Shown here: positions 48,718 through 58,355 of the stretch, piece by piece | Position numbering within the stretch: the stretch's first letter is position 1 | How the letters are laid out: the number at the start of each line of letters is the position of its first letter | Source: Treponema sp. | GTDB lineage: Bacteria > Spirochaetota > Spirochaetia > Treponematales > Treponemataceae | Length of the DNA stretch: 64,000 bases | Direction: 5' to 3' | Assembly (NCBI GenBank): GCA_045627625.1 | Contig: JAZQOB010000124.1 | Span: forward strand, 1,505-65,504 | Program-made: the position numbers and the translations under genes | Notes under the pieces: generated by a model | The model's input: the letters and a program-made list of their open reading frames with translations, nothing else | What the model was told of the DNA's origin: nothing | Databases searched by the model: none

Positions 48718-48757
48718 AAATCCGTAGAATGACTTTTCATTCTACGGATTTTTTTTT
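48718..48757. terminator. Terminator
   Basis: aaatccgtagaatg/cattctacggattt stem plus T run. Confidence 0.85.
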
Positions 48758-48762
48758 GTATA

Positions 48763-49992
48763 TTAGATGTTTTTAATTGCGTCTTCCAGTTCCTGGTCTG
48801 TAATCTGGGTTTTGTTTTTCCAGGCATTAAGAACTGCATTGTAATAAGAAATGTGGCGTTTTACAAAGGTTTCTGGCAGGAATTGTTTTGAAAGGTTTTT
48901 ACCGTTTTCAGAGAATTTTCTGCTTAATTCTTCATCATTAAGAATCTTTGTAATGAAGTCTGGCATTTCCTCATCAGTTTCTGCCTGGTATCCATTTATA
49001 TTGTTTATAACTGTGTCGTTGTAGCTGGAATCTTTTCTTACAACAATTGGAAGTCCGATAGTAAGAGCTTCGAGAATTGTCATTGAATGCATTTCGGAAA
49101 GGGAAGCAGTTACAAAAAGATCTGCAGCTTCGTAATATTTGTGAACCTGGGTGTTAGCGATGAAACCTGTATAAATGAATCTGTCCTTTGCAGAAGAAAC
49201 TGAAGATAGTTTTTTCATGTGCTTTAATGCCGCCCCATCACCAACGATTACAAATTTTGCTTTAGGATTTTTAGTCAGAGTTTCTTCAATAATATCAACC
49301 AGTTCCAGAACTCGTTTTTCTTCAACAACACGACCAACAAATAAAAGCATTTTTTCATCAGCTTCAATTCCAAGATTCTGGCGGAATGCATTTATTTCTT
49401 CTGGAGTAGATTTTTCAAAATTAAGATTTGCCGAAGGGATAGCATTTGGAATAATTCCAGATGGAACTGACGGGCAGATGTTGTCCTGCTTAAAATAATC
49501 GTGGGCCTTGCCAGAAACATTAATCAGGGAGAAGGCATGCTTGTAGAATCTACGGATTAAGAAACGGATTGTTTCGGCATGAATTAATTCACCTGCAGGC
49601 AAATAGAATTTATAGTAGTCTTCCCACATGGTATGAGTTGTAATAATCAAAGGGATTTTACATTTTCTGCTTTCATGAATTGCATGAATTCCCATGGCAA
49701 ATTCTGTATGGCAGTGAATAAGCTGGATTTTGTTAGATTTAAGTATTTTGCTGACTTTTGATAAAAATGGAAATCCAAAATACTGGTCTTTCATTCCAAG
49801 TCCGATTTTGTGGGCAGGAACTCTATAAACATTTGGATCTGCCTGAGGTCCATAATCTGCATTTGGATTAGCTACTGTAATGATAATTACATGATGGCCT
49901 TCTGCTTTAAGGCATTCATATAATTGATGAACAACGGTTACAACGCCGCTTTTAGAAGGTAGGTAAGAATCAGTAAAAAGTGCAACATTCAT
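48763..49992 (-). CDS. GT4 glycosyltransferase (glycolipid synthase-like)
   Basis: FTDSYLP..GV, HTMWEDY, VGRVVEEK and SEMHSMTILEA. Confidence 0.9.
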   Translation of the reverse strand: MNVALFTDSYLPSKSGVVTVVHQLYECLKAEGHHVIIITVANPNADYGPQADPNVYRVPAHKIGLGMKDQYFGFPFLSKVSKILKSNKIQLIHCHTEFAMGIHAIHESRKCKIPLIITTHTMWEDYYKFYLPAGELIHAETIRFLIRRFYKHAFSLINVSGKAHDYFKQDNICPSVPSGIIPNAIPSANLNFEKSTPEEINAFRQNLGIEADEKMLLFVGRVVEEKRVLELVDIIEETLTKNPKAKFVIVGDGAALKHMKKLSSVSSAKDRFIYTGFIANTQVHKYYEAADLFVTASLSEMHSMTILEALTIGLPIVVRKDSSYNDTVINNINGYQAETDEEMPDFITKILNDEELSRKFSENGKNLSKQFLPETFVKRHISYYNAVLNAWKNKTQITDQELEDAIKNI

Positions 49993-50034
49993 AATAAAAA
50001 AAAATAACAAAAATTTATAATTGATTCAAGAGTG

Positions 50035-50082
50035 AAAATTATTGCATAAATATACAAAAATTATTGCATAAATATACAAAAA
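50035..50082 (+). promoter_or_regulatory. Tandem ArgR-like boxes
   Basis: Exact 22-bp tandem repeat aaaattattgcataaatataca containing TTGCATAAATATACAA. Confidence 0.65.
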
Positions 50083-50112
50083 AGTTTATATTCTTTTGCG
50101 AGAGGTAAACTT

Positions 50113-50892
50113 ATGAAAAAAATTACTTTATTAGTGTTGGCTGTTGTTGCAGTTTTAGGTTTGGCTGGTTGTTCAACAAAAAAAGTTGAAATTAATGGAA
50201 TTTCTGATCTTGCCGGTTTAAAAATTGGTGTTCAGGCTGGTACAACTGGTGAAGCTTGGGTTCAGGATAATGTAAAAGATGTAAAACTTTCATCTTTTAA
50301 ATCTGGAATTGATGCTGCTTTGGCTCTTAAAAATGGTTCTATCGACTGTGTTGTTCTTGATGAACTTCCTGCTGTTGCAATCGTAGATAAAAATGCTGAC
50401 CTTGCAATTATTCGTGACTCTGAATTCACAGAAAACAAAGAAGAATATGCAATTGCTGTAAGAAAAGGAGACGCAACTGTTCTCGCTGCTGTAAACGCAA
50501 CAATCGCTGGTCTTAAGGCAGGGGATGGATATCAGAGTCTTATCGATGCTTATATGCCTGTTGATGGAAATATTGTAATTCCTGTAATTGAAAATGAAGC
50601 AACTTCAGGTGTAATTAAATTGGGAACAAACGCTGCATTCCCTCCATTTGAATATGTAGAAGGAACTGACATTGTTGGTTTTGATATTTCAATGGGTGAA
50701 TATATTGCTAAAGATGCAAATGTAAAACTCGAAGTTGTAGATATGGCTTTTGATAGTCTTATTGCTGCTCTTCAGGCTGGTACAATTGACTTTATTGCTG
50801 CAGGTATGTCTGTTACTGAAGAAAGAAAAGAAAATGTTGATTTCTCTGAACCATATTATGCATCTGAACAGGTTATTATCGTAAGAAAATAA
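50113..50892 (+). CDS. Polar amino acid ABC substrate-binding lipoprotein (circularly permuted)
   Basis: LAGC lipobox; the KIGVQAGTT lobe precedes the GTNAAFPPFE segment. Confidence 0.92.
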   Translation: MKKITLLVLAVVAVLGLAGCSTKKVEINGISDLAGLKIGVQAGTTGEAWVQDNVKDVKLSSFKSGIDAALALKNGSIDCVVLDELPAVAIVDKNADLAIIRDSEFTENKEEYAIAVRKGDATVLAAVNATIAGLKAGDGYQSLIDAYMPVDGNIVIPVIENEATSGVIKLGTNAAFPPFEYVEGTDIVGFDISMGEYIAKDANVKLEVVDMAFDSLIAALQAGTIDFIAAGMSVTEERKENVDFSEPYYASEQVIIVRK

Positions 50893-50962
50893 TTTTTATG
50901 ATATAATTTTAGGACGGTAGTTTTTATGGCTGCCGTCCGATTTTTTTTTAAAGGAAACTGCT

Positions 50963-51628
50963 TTGTTTACTTCTTTTTACAACACAATTATTGCAGGGCA
51001 AAGATATATGCTGATTATTAAGGGTTTAGGAAATACCCTTTTAATTGCTATCTGTGCTCTTCTTATTGGAACAGTTCTTGGCTGTATTTTTGCCTTGATG
51101 AAGGTTTCGGGAAATAAATTCTTAAAATTTATTGCTGATTCATATACTACAATTTTGCGTGGTATTCCCCTTGCAACACAGCTCATGATTTTTTATTTTG
51201 TTATTTTTGCACCTCTTCATCTTCCAAAAATTCTTGTTGCAATTATTTCCTATGGATTAAATTCCGGTGCTTATTGTACTGAAATTTTCAGAGCGGGAAT
51301 TCAAGGGGTTGATAAAGGACAGACTGAAGCTGGACGCTCTCTTGGTTTGAATAAAAATCAAACATTATTTAAGATTGTCCTTCCTCAGGCTGTAAAGGCT
51401 TGTTTGCCAACTTATACTTCGGAATTCATTGTTTTGATTAAGGAAACTTCGGTTGCAAGTTTTATTGCCGTAATGGATATGACAAAAGCGGGAGATATGA
51501 TTCGTAATTCAACTTACAATGCATGGATTCCTCTTATTACCTGTGCTGTAATTTATTTGATTCTTACAGTTGGACTTACAAAATTATTCGGTTTGATTGA
51601 AAAAAGGATGGCTAAAAGTGACAGATAA
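50963..51628 (+). CDS. Amino acid ABC permease
   Basis: RGIPL, EIFRAGI..V.KGQTEA..SLG and LIKETS. Confidence 0.95.
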   Translation: MFTSFYNTIIAGQRYMLIIKGLGNTLLIAICALLIGTVLGCIFALMKVSGNKFLKFIADSYTTILRGIPLATQLMIFYFVIFAPLHLPKILVAIISYGLNSGAYCTEIFRAGIQGVDKGQTEAGRSLGLNKNQTLFKIVLPQAVKACLPTYTSEFIVLIKETSVASFIAVMDMTKAGDMIRNSTYNAWIPLITCAVIYLILTVGLTKLFGLIEKRMAKSDR

Positions 51629-52364
51629 TTTTGAAAATAACTTTATTGAAGTAAAGAACTTGAAAAAAAGTTTTGGTGATCTTCATGTTATTAAAGATCT
51701 TTCAACTGTAATTAAAAAGGGCGAAAAAATTGTAGTTATTGGTCCTTCAGGTTCTGGTAAAAGTACTTTCCTAAGATGTTTGAATCGTCTTGAAGAACCA
51801 AATGGTGGAAAAATTATTTTTGAAGGAATTGATATTACTGCTAAAGAAACAGATATTGATTTGTGCCGTCAGAAAATGGGAATGGTTTTCCAGCATTTTA
51901 ATCTTTTTCCTCATCTGACAGTTATGGAAAATATTACTCTGGCTCCTGTTACTTTAAAATTGAAGACAAAAGAAGAAGCAGAAGCACAGGCAAAGAAATT
52001 GCTTGAACGAGTAGGGCTTGCCGATAAAGCTCAGGTTTATCCATCAACATTGTCTGGAGGACAGAAACAGCGAATTGCCATTGTTCGTTCTCTTGCAATG
52101 AATCCTGATGTAATGCTTTTTGACGAACCAACTTCAGCTTTGGACCCTGAAATGGTAGGTGAAGTTTTGAATGTAATGAAAGATCTGGCAAACGAAGGAA
52201 TGACAATGGTTGTTGTTACTCACGAAATGGGATTTGCCCGGGAAGTTGCTGATCGTGTTATGTTTATGGATGAAGGATATATTGCAGAAGAAGGTAAACC
52301 TGAAGATATTTTTGGAAATCCAAAGTGCGAAAGACTAAAACAGTTCTTAAACTCTGTATTGTAA
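51618..52364 (+). CDS. Amino acid ABC ATP-binding protein
   Basis: [17 protein letters not shown] and [11 protein letters not shown]. Confidence 0.96.
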   Translation: MTDNFENNFIEVKNLKKSFGDLHVIKDLSTVIKKGEKIVVIGPSGSGKSTFLRCLNRLEEPNGGKIIFEGIDITAKETDIDLCRQKMGMVFQHFNLFPHLTVMENITLAPVTLKLKTKEEAEAQAKKLLERVGLADKAQVYPSTLSGGQKQRIAIVRSLAMNPDVMLFDEPTSALDPEMVGEVLNVMKDLANEGMTMVVVTHEMGFAREVADRVMFMDEGYIAEEGKPEDIFGNPKCERLKQFLNSVL

Positions 52365-52389
52365 CATAATTTGTAATTATTACAAAAAG

Positions 52390-52467
52390 TAACCTCGGTT
52401 ATTTTTTCATATACCTTGGTTATTTCTTTCTAAATGCTATTTAATTTTTTTTTATTAGTGTTATTAT
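52390..52467 (+). promoter_or_regulatory. Two phased ACC-NN-GGT operators plus extended -10
   Basis: TAACCTCGGTTA (52390) and ACCTTGGT (52413), centres 21 bp apart; TGtTATTAT at 52459-52467. Confidence 0.6.
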
Positions 52468-52471
52468 GAGG

Positions 52472-52631
52472 ACAGCTTGAATATTAAAGCAAGTTCCCAC
52501 GGGAATAAACTTCTTACTATATCTTGAGGGGTTGCCCTTTAGCATTTAGGACGTCGGAAAGTTTACAAGCTATGAGAGTTTAAGTCTCGTACTGAGATGG
52601 AGAGCCACAATTAATTTTGTGGCTCTTTTTT
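52472..52631 (+). ncRNA. Candidate structured sRNA
   Basis: GC-richer stretch with no meaningful ORF: agcttg/caagct enclosing stem, ttccc/gggaa and aggg/ccct hairpins, GAGAGTTTAA, and terminator agagccacaa/ttgtggctct+T. Confidence 0.5.
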
Positions 52632-53414
52632 TTATTTTGAAATCTGGAACTGCATCAAAAGAATTTTTAATTCATTGATATTTGTAACATTAAAAATTTT
52701 GAAGACTTCTGCGAAATCCTTTTTTACTGTGGAAATACTGATGAAATATTTTTCACTTAAATCTTTGTAAGAAAGGTTTTCGTTGATTGTATCAATAATT
52801 AAATTAATCTGTCGTTCTGTAAGTTTATATTCAGAAAGATTGATTTTGTTTCCTCTTCCAACTTTAAGCAAGTTATTTTCAGATACATTTGCAGGAATAA
52901 TACAGAATTCAGATTTTAAGTACTTATAAATGCATGAATAGAAGGTTGCATAGAAGAATGATGTGAAATATGCAATAAAGGTTTTTGACCAGCCATGAGT
53001 ATACATTAAGGTGATTGCAATAAAGTGGAATATCAGCAGTATATGGGCTTTAACAACAGATTTTTGGGAGAATTGGTCATAAATAATTATCAGGATTATA
53101 GCAGCATAAAAGAAAAAAATTCCTAATTGTTCATATGCTGTAAGAATAGTTAAGAAACTTTCGATGAGAAGAATGGAAACCAAAATTGGCATTTTTGGTT
53201 TTATAATGCTATAAATACCGCCCAACAGACACAAACCATGCATTATTGGCAACAGGATACTAGTAAAAGGGTGTCCGTGGTAGCTTAATGGAATTAGTTC
53301 TAGAATTGAATCTTTATCACCATCAAGTAAAATGCTGGCAAGAAAAGATACAAACAAAAAAACTGATCCAACAGCAGCTATGACTCTCTCCATTCGAGTC
53401 GTAGATGTTTTCAT
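52632..53414 (-). CDS. Polytopic membrane protein with C-terminal LuxR-like HTH
   Basis: About 5-6 TM segments, then KLTERQINLI..LSYKDLS..SISTVKKDFAEVFKIFNV. Confidence 0.8.
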   Translation of the reverse strand: MKTSTTRMERVIAAVGSVFLFVSFLASILLDGDKDSILELIPLSYHGHPFTSILLPIMHGLCLLGGIYSIIKPKMPILVSILLIESFLTILTAYEQLGIFFFYAAIILIIIYDQFSQKSVVKAHILLIFHFIAITLMYTHGWSKTFIAYFTSFFYATFYSCIYKYLKSEFCIIPANVSENNLLKVGRGNKINLSEYKLTERQINLIIDTINENLSYKDLSEKYFISISTVKKDFAEVFKIFNVTNINELKILLMQFQISK

Positions 53415-53514
53415 AATACTAATATTATAGTGGATAATTCTGGAAAAACAAGTTGAAAGTTATTTGCAGGACTTATTGACCGCTTTTTATATTTTTCCTC
53501 TGTCCCCAATGAAT

Positions 53515-55143
53515 CTATTTCAGCTTTTTTGCTATTTCCTGGCAGCAGTTTTCTCCGTCCATAGCACTGGAAACAATTCCTCCTGAATATCCGCTGCCTT
53601 CTCCGGCCGGATAGAGGTTTTTAATTCCGATGGATTCAAAAGTTCCTCTGTCCCTCATGATTCTTACAGGAGTACTTGTTCTGGTTTCGATAGCAATCAT
53701 CAGTGCTTCATCACAAATAAAGCCATGCATGTTTTTATCGATATTCTTAAAGCCTTGAGCGAGTCTGGAACTGATGTGTTTTGGAAGCCATGCGTTTAAA
53801 TTTGATGAAACAAGGCCTGGTGTGTAACTGCTTTCCGGGAGGAACAGAGACAACTTATTATCAAGAAAATCTTTTAATCTTTGAGCAGGTGCCTGCTGTA
53901 AATTTCCATTTGATTTTGCAGTCTGTTCCATGTTAGTTCTGAAAAGAAGTCCTGCAAGTGCTGGACAATTAAGTTTTTCTGCTGCTTTCACAAATTCAGA
54001 AGGAATATCTTCTGGTCTGATTTCAACAACTATAGCTGCATTTGACCATTTTGAATTTCGAGCGGCAGCAGACATTCCATTTACAACAATTTCATCAGGT
54101 CCGGAAGATGAAGGAACAACAAATCCTCCTGGACACATACAGAAAGAATATACACCTCGTTCTTCAACTTGAGTTGTTACTCGATATTCAGCGGTAGGAA
54201 GATTTGCATCGACTTTTCCATGATATTGGATTGCATCAATAAGCTGTCTTGGATGTTCAACACGAACTCCGGCGGCAAAAGTTTTTGCTTCAAGAGTTTC
54301 TGGGCTGTATTTTGCAACTAATTCATAAATATCTGATGCAGAATGCCCTGTTGCAAGAAGAACTGCATCTGCAGTGAAGGAGGTTTCAAAGTTACTCTGT
54401 CCCCCTTGATTCTTTCTAACAGTTTTTACACCAGTAATTTTGATTTTTCCATCTGAATCTTCTTCAGTAATAAAATCAACAACTTTTGTATCAAAGTGAA
54501 TTTCACCACCAAGCTCCAGAATCTTGTCCCTCATATTGTTGATTACTTTTGGAAGTTTGTCTGTTCCGATATGAGGATGAGCATCTGTGAGAATTTTAGG
54601 ATCTGCACCAAAATATGTAAAAATCTGAAGGATCGAATTAATATTTCCTCGCTTATTACTGCGGGTGTAAAGTTTTCCGTCAGAAAAAGTTCCAGCTCCA
54701 CCTTCGCCAAAGCAGTAGTTGCTGTCACTATTAACAATTTTTTGAGTACTGATTAAAGCAATATCTTTTCTTCTCTGTGAAGTTTCGGATCCTCGTTCAA
54801 GGATGATTGGTTTTATTCCTGATTCAAGAAGTTTTAATGCTCCAAAGAGTCCTGCAGGTCCGGCACCAACTATGATTACAGATTTTCCAGATTCAGCTTT
54901 TTTCCATACAGGAAGAGCATCTTCTGTGGATTCTGGAGTTTCACCAATGTAAACTTTATATCGCAAATGGAATTTTTGTCTTCCATGTCGTGCATCAATA
55001 GATTTTTTAAGGAATTTAAGGGTCATTTCATTTGGATGAAATAAATAACCTTTTGATGATAATTCACGAATAATTAATTTTTTGATTAGTCCAATATTTT
55101 TTTCTTCTTCAGGTTTTACGGTAATTGTTATCTCTGTATTCAT
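53515..55143 (-). CDS. FAD-dependent oxidoreductase (uncharacterised COG2509 type)
   Basis: GAGPAG, GEGGAGTFSDGKL, SFCMCPGG and GEGSGYSGGI. Confidence 0.92.
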   Translation of the reverse strand: MNTEITITVKPEEEKNIGLIKKLIIRELSSKGYLFHPNEMTLKFLKKSIDARHGRQKFHLRYKVYIGETPESTEDALPVWKKAESGKSVIIVGAGPAGLFGALKLLESGIKPIILERGSETSQRRKDIALISTQKIVNSDSNYCFGEGGAGTFSDGKLYTRSNKRGNINSILQIFTYFGADPKILTDAHPHIGTDKLPKVINNMRDKILELGGEIHFDTKVVDFITEEDSDGKIKITGVKTVRKNQGGQSNFETSFTADAVLLATGHSASDIYELVAKYSPETLEAKTFAAGVRVEHPRQLIDAIQYHGKVDANLPTAEYRVTTQVEERGVYSFCMCPGGFVVPSSSGPDEIVVNGMSAAARNSKWSNAAIVVEIRPEDIPSEFVKAAEKLNCPALAGLLFRTNMEQTAKSNGNLQQAPAQRLKDFLDNKLSLFLPESSYTPGLVSSNLNAWLPKHISSRLAQGFKNIDKNMHGFICDEALMIAIETRTSTPVRIMRDRGTFESIGIKNLYPAGEGSGYSGGIVSSAMDGENCCQEIAKKLK

Positions 55144-55242
55144 AATTGTGATTATACAATAAAAATAAGAAAATTCTTATAAATTCGGTATTTGAAGAAA
55201 ATTTAATTGACGGATTATAACGAATAATTATAAATTATAATT

Positions 55243-55725
55243 ATGAAAAAAATTAGTTTATTTTTAATTGTTTTTGTAATGACAGTTTTTTCTTCTTCAG
55301 TTTTTGCAAAAGAAAAAGTTGTTAAAAAGTATGTTGCTGTAAATTCAGCAGTTTTGAGAGAGAAACCATCAGCATTATCTAACAAGGTTTGCACTTTAGA
55401 TTACGCAACTGAAGTTCATGTAAAAGAAACTAAAAAAGGCTGGCTTTTTGTTGTTTCTAAAAAGAACGAAAATTTGAAAGGTTGGATTCCAAGTTCATCA
55501 CTTTCAGATAAAAAATTGGTTGCTAAAGGAAATAAAACTTCTGTAGATGCTAATGAAATCGCTCTTGCAGGAAAAGGTTTTAATGCCGCTATTGAAAAAA
55601 AATATGCTGCAACTGAACATATTGATTATAGTGGTGTAAACTATATCGAAAGAATCAATGTTTCTGAAGCTGAAGTCATTAATTTCATTTCTTCTGGAAA
55701 ATTAAACGAAGGAGATGATGAATAA
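55243..55725 (+). CDS. Secreted SH3b-domain protein
   Basis: Signal peptide, LREKP..GW...KGWI and EIALAGKGF. Confidence 0.85.
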   Translation: MKKISLFLIVFVMTVFSSSVFAKEKVVKKYVAVNSAVLREKPSALSNKVCTLDYATEVHVKETKKGWLFVVSKKNENLKGWIPSSSLSDKKLVAKGNKTSVDANEIALAGKGFNAAIEKKYAATEHIDYSGVNYIERINVSEAEVINFISSGKLNEGDDE

Positions 55726-56603
55726 TGAAAAAAGTTTTATTGCTTGGTTTAGTTTTATCGGCAGCTTTATTTTTGAATTCCTGTGCATCGCTTACTGCTG
55801 TGTACGAAGGTTGTCAGTCTACATGTAAAGCTTCGAAACCAATTACTCCTGAAGAACAGTATTATATTGGACGATCGGTTGGTGCAACTGTATTGAATAA
55901 GTATTCATTGTATAATGGGGCACCAAACACAGTTTCTTATTTGAATAAAATTTGTTCTGCAATTACTGCATCATCTGAAATGCCATATTTATACAATGGT
56001 TACCATGTTGGTATTATTGATACAGATGAAATCAATGCAATTTCAACACCTGGCGGTCATATCTTAATCAGTCGCGGATTGCTTTCTTGCACTGATTCTG
56101 AAGATGCTGTTGCGGCAGTTATTGCACACGAAATTGCTCATATTCAGTTAGGACATGGTATTGAAGTAATTAAAAAATCACGAAAAGCCGAAGCCAGAGC
56201 AAAAGTTGCATCTGCGGCTGGAGTTGTGATATTGGAAGCTAATGGTGTTGATAACATTTCTTCTGAAGAAGTAAGTAATTTTAATAAAGTAACTTCAAGT
56301 GTTGCAAAAGGAATTACAGAAACTGGTTTTTCTAAGAAAAGTGAATATAAAGCAGATGAAAATGCTTTGATTTTAATGAATAATGCCGGTTATGATCCTC
56401 ACGCCATGATAGATATGCTTACTTTGATTTCGAAAAAAACTGGAAAGAAAAAGAAATCTGGCTGGAGTTCAACTCATCCAAAGCCAAAGGCACGCTTAAA
56501 GAAGGTAAACAAAAAGCTTGCTGAAATGGAATTGCAGGATGAGTTTACATATACAGATAAAGAAAATCGTATGGACCGCTTTGAACGATATATGTCGTTC
56601 TAG
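55725..56603 (+). CDS. M48 family metallopeptidase lipoprotein
   Basis: Lipobox LNSC, INAISTPGG, AHEIAH, EYKAD and THP. Confidence 0.9.
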   Translation: MKKVLLLGLVLSAALFLNSCASLTAVYEGCQSTCKASKPITPEEQYYIGRSVGATVLNKYSLYNGAPNTVSYLNKICSAITASSEMPYLYNGYHVGIIDTDEINAISTPGGHILISRGLLSCTDSEDAVAAVIAHEIAHIQLGHGIEVIKKSRKAEARAKVASAAGVVILEANGVDNISSEEVSNFNKVTSSVAKGITETGFSKKSEYKADENALILMNNAGYDPHAMIDMLTLISKKTGKKKKSGWSSTHPKPKARLKKVNKKLAEMELQDEFTYTDKENRMDRFERYMSF

Positions 56604-56620
56604 TTTTCCTTAAGGTTAGA

Positions 56621-56655
56621 AAAAAAGGATAGTCTCTGGACTATCCTTTTTTTTT
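56621..56655 (+). terminator. Terminator
   Basis: aaaaaaggatagtc/gactatcctttttt stem. Confidence 0.8.
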
Positions 56656-56683
56656 GGTTGGAGTTCGCGGGGGACAGAGGAAA

Positions 56684-56859
56684 AAAACTTGAACCGTCGC
56701 AAAATGAATTGCAGTTGAAGTTAGATTTTTCAGCGACGGTAGGGACAGAGGAAAAATTATAGAAAAACTGCCATAAGTTTTGCAAAGCAAAACTTGAACC
56801 GTCGCAAAATGAATTGCGGTTGAAGCTAGATTTTTCAGCGACGGTAGGGACAGAGGAAA
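56684..56859. repeat. Two 71-bp direct repeats, each a hairpin ending in GGGACAGAGG
   Basis: Copies at 56684-56754 and 56789-56859 differ at 2 positions; internal IR accgtcgc/gcgacggt. Confidence 0.9.
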
Positions 56860-56920
56860 GTTATAAAATCTATCTATTTATCATTGACCTTATATTAAAC
56901 TTCATTATAAAGTAAAAACT

Positions 56921-57403
56921 ATGAGTAAAAATAAGATTTTTTTGATGATTTTGTGTTTAAATTTATTGTCGGTATCAGCTTTTTCCTTTGAACGAGGGGA
57001 AGTAAAAAAATATATTGCTTTAGATCCTGCTCCATTACGAAAAAAGGCATCTGCTATATCAGAACAGGTGGGAAAACTGCCTTATGCTTCAGCTGTAATC
57101 GTTCTTGAAGAAAAAAAGGATTGGGTTCTAGTATGCTCTGTTGAAGATAATAAAATTAAGGGGTGGGTTCCTAAGACCGCCCTCTCAAAAAAGAAACTTA
57201 TTGCAAAAGAGAATACAGGTTCAGTTAATGCAAAAGAAATTGCTTTGGCAGGTAAAGGTTTTAGTTCGACAATTGAAGAATCTTATTCTGCTTCCGCGAA
57301 TGCTGATTTTTCAGATGTAAACATTGTTGAAAAGTATGGTGTTTCTGATTCTGAGATTTGTAATTTTGTGACAGATGGAAAATTGAATGAAGGAGAGAAA
57401 TAA
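56921..57403 (+). CDS. Secreted SH3b-domain protein (paralog)
   Basis: Same motifs as 55243 (KGWV, EIALAGKGF, GKLNEG). Confidence 0.85.
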   Translation: MSKNKIFLMILCLNLLSVSAFSFERGEVKKYIALDPAPLRKKASAISEQVGKLPYASAVIVLEEKKDWVLVCSVEDNKIKGWVPKTALSKKKLIAKENTGSVNAKEIALAGKGFSSTIEESYSASANADFSDVNIVEKYGVSDSEICNFVTDGKLNEGEK

Positions 57404-58323
57404 TGACAAAAATAAGAAGTTTGTGGATTCTTGTTGTCATTTCCTTTTTATTTTCATCTTGTGAAACTTTAGATTTAATTAAAAACTCTGAAGATTATGA
57501 TACAGGAGTTGGCAGGGCTGTAACTCAAAGTAAAAAATCTATCAGTAAAGCAACTGAAAAAATCAGTCCAGAAAATGAATATTATATAGGTCGTTCTGTA
57601 GCGGCTTCAATTCTTTCGAAATATCCTCTCTATAAAAAAGCTCCTGGTACAGTCAGCTATTTGAATAAAATTTGTGGAGCAATTACTTCTGTTTCAGATA
57701 CGCCATATCTATATAAAGGTTATCATGTAGCAATTCTTGATTCAGACGATATTAATGCTATTGCAACTCCTGGAGGTCATATTTTTATTAGTCGCGGTTT
57801 ATTGGAATGCACAGATTCAGAGGATGCTGTTGCGGCGGTTATTGCTCATGAAGTTGCCCATATTCACTTAAAACATAGTATTAAAGCTGTAAAAACCTCG
57901 AGGGCTACAGATGCAATTGTAAAATCTGGTGTTGCGGCTGGTTCTCTGATTGCAGATGCTACTGGAAAAGTTTCAGTTTCTGAAGATGTTGTAGATTCTT
58001 ATAATGAGGTTAGTGGTAAAATAGCAAATACTCTGGTAGATACAGGATTTTCTAAAGCAAATGAATTTGAAGCTGATGGAAAAGCTCTGAAATTGATGAA
58101 TCAAGCAGGTTATGATCCTTATGCTATGTTAGATATGCTGGAACTTATCAAAACAGCTTCTAAAAATTCAAAAACTGGCTGGAGTATGACACATCCAAGC
58201 CCTGATGAACGAATTTTTATGGCAAAGATTATTCTCGCTAATATGGAAGAAAGAGGGGAATTCCTTTATACCGACAAATCAATACGCCAAAAGCGTTTCA
58301 AAAATAATATTGGATTGAAATAA
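57403..58323 (+). CDS. M48 family metallopeptidase lipoprotein (paralog)
   Basis: Lipobox FSSC, INAIATPGG, AHEVAH, EFEAD and THP. Confidence 0.9.
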   Translation: MTKIRSLWILVVISFLFSSCETLDLIKNSEDYDTGVGRAVTQSKKSISKATEKISPENEYYIGRSVAASILSKYPLYKKAPGTVSYLNKICGAITSVSDTPYLYKGYHVAILDSDDINAIATPGGHIFISRGLLECTDSEDAVAAVIAHEVAHIHLKHSIKAVKTSRATDAIVKSGVAAGSLIADATGKVSVSEDVVDSYNEVSGKIANTLVDTGFSKANEFEADGKALKLMNQAGYDPYAMLDMLELIKTASKNSKTGWSMTHPSPDERIFMAKIILANMEERGEFLYTDKSIRQKRFKNNIGLK

Positions 58324-58355
58324 AATTTAAGAAAAGTTTAACGGATGGAGAAAAT

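Noticed and set aside
52370-52386. Palindrome tttgtaattattacaaa as a third operator
   Set aside because: It does not match ACC-NN-GGT and is out of phase; it may be only a weak hairpin after the ABC operon.
52550-52625. Hammerhead ribozyme or tRNA
   Set aside because: CTGAGAT does not fit CUGANGA with a correctly placed GAAA, and there is no cloverleaf or T-loop.
56684-56859. Possible CRISPR array
   Set aside because: Only two 71-bp units, too long for CRISPR repeats, and no cas genes nearby.
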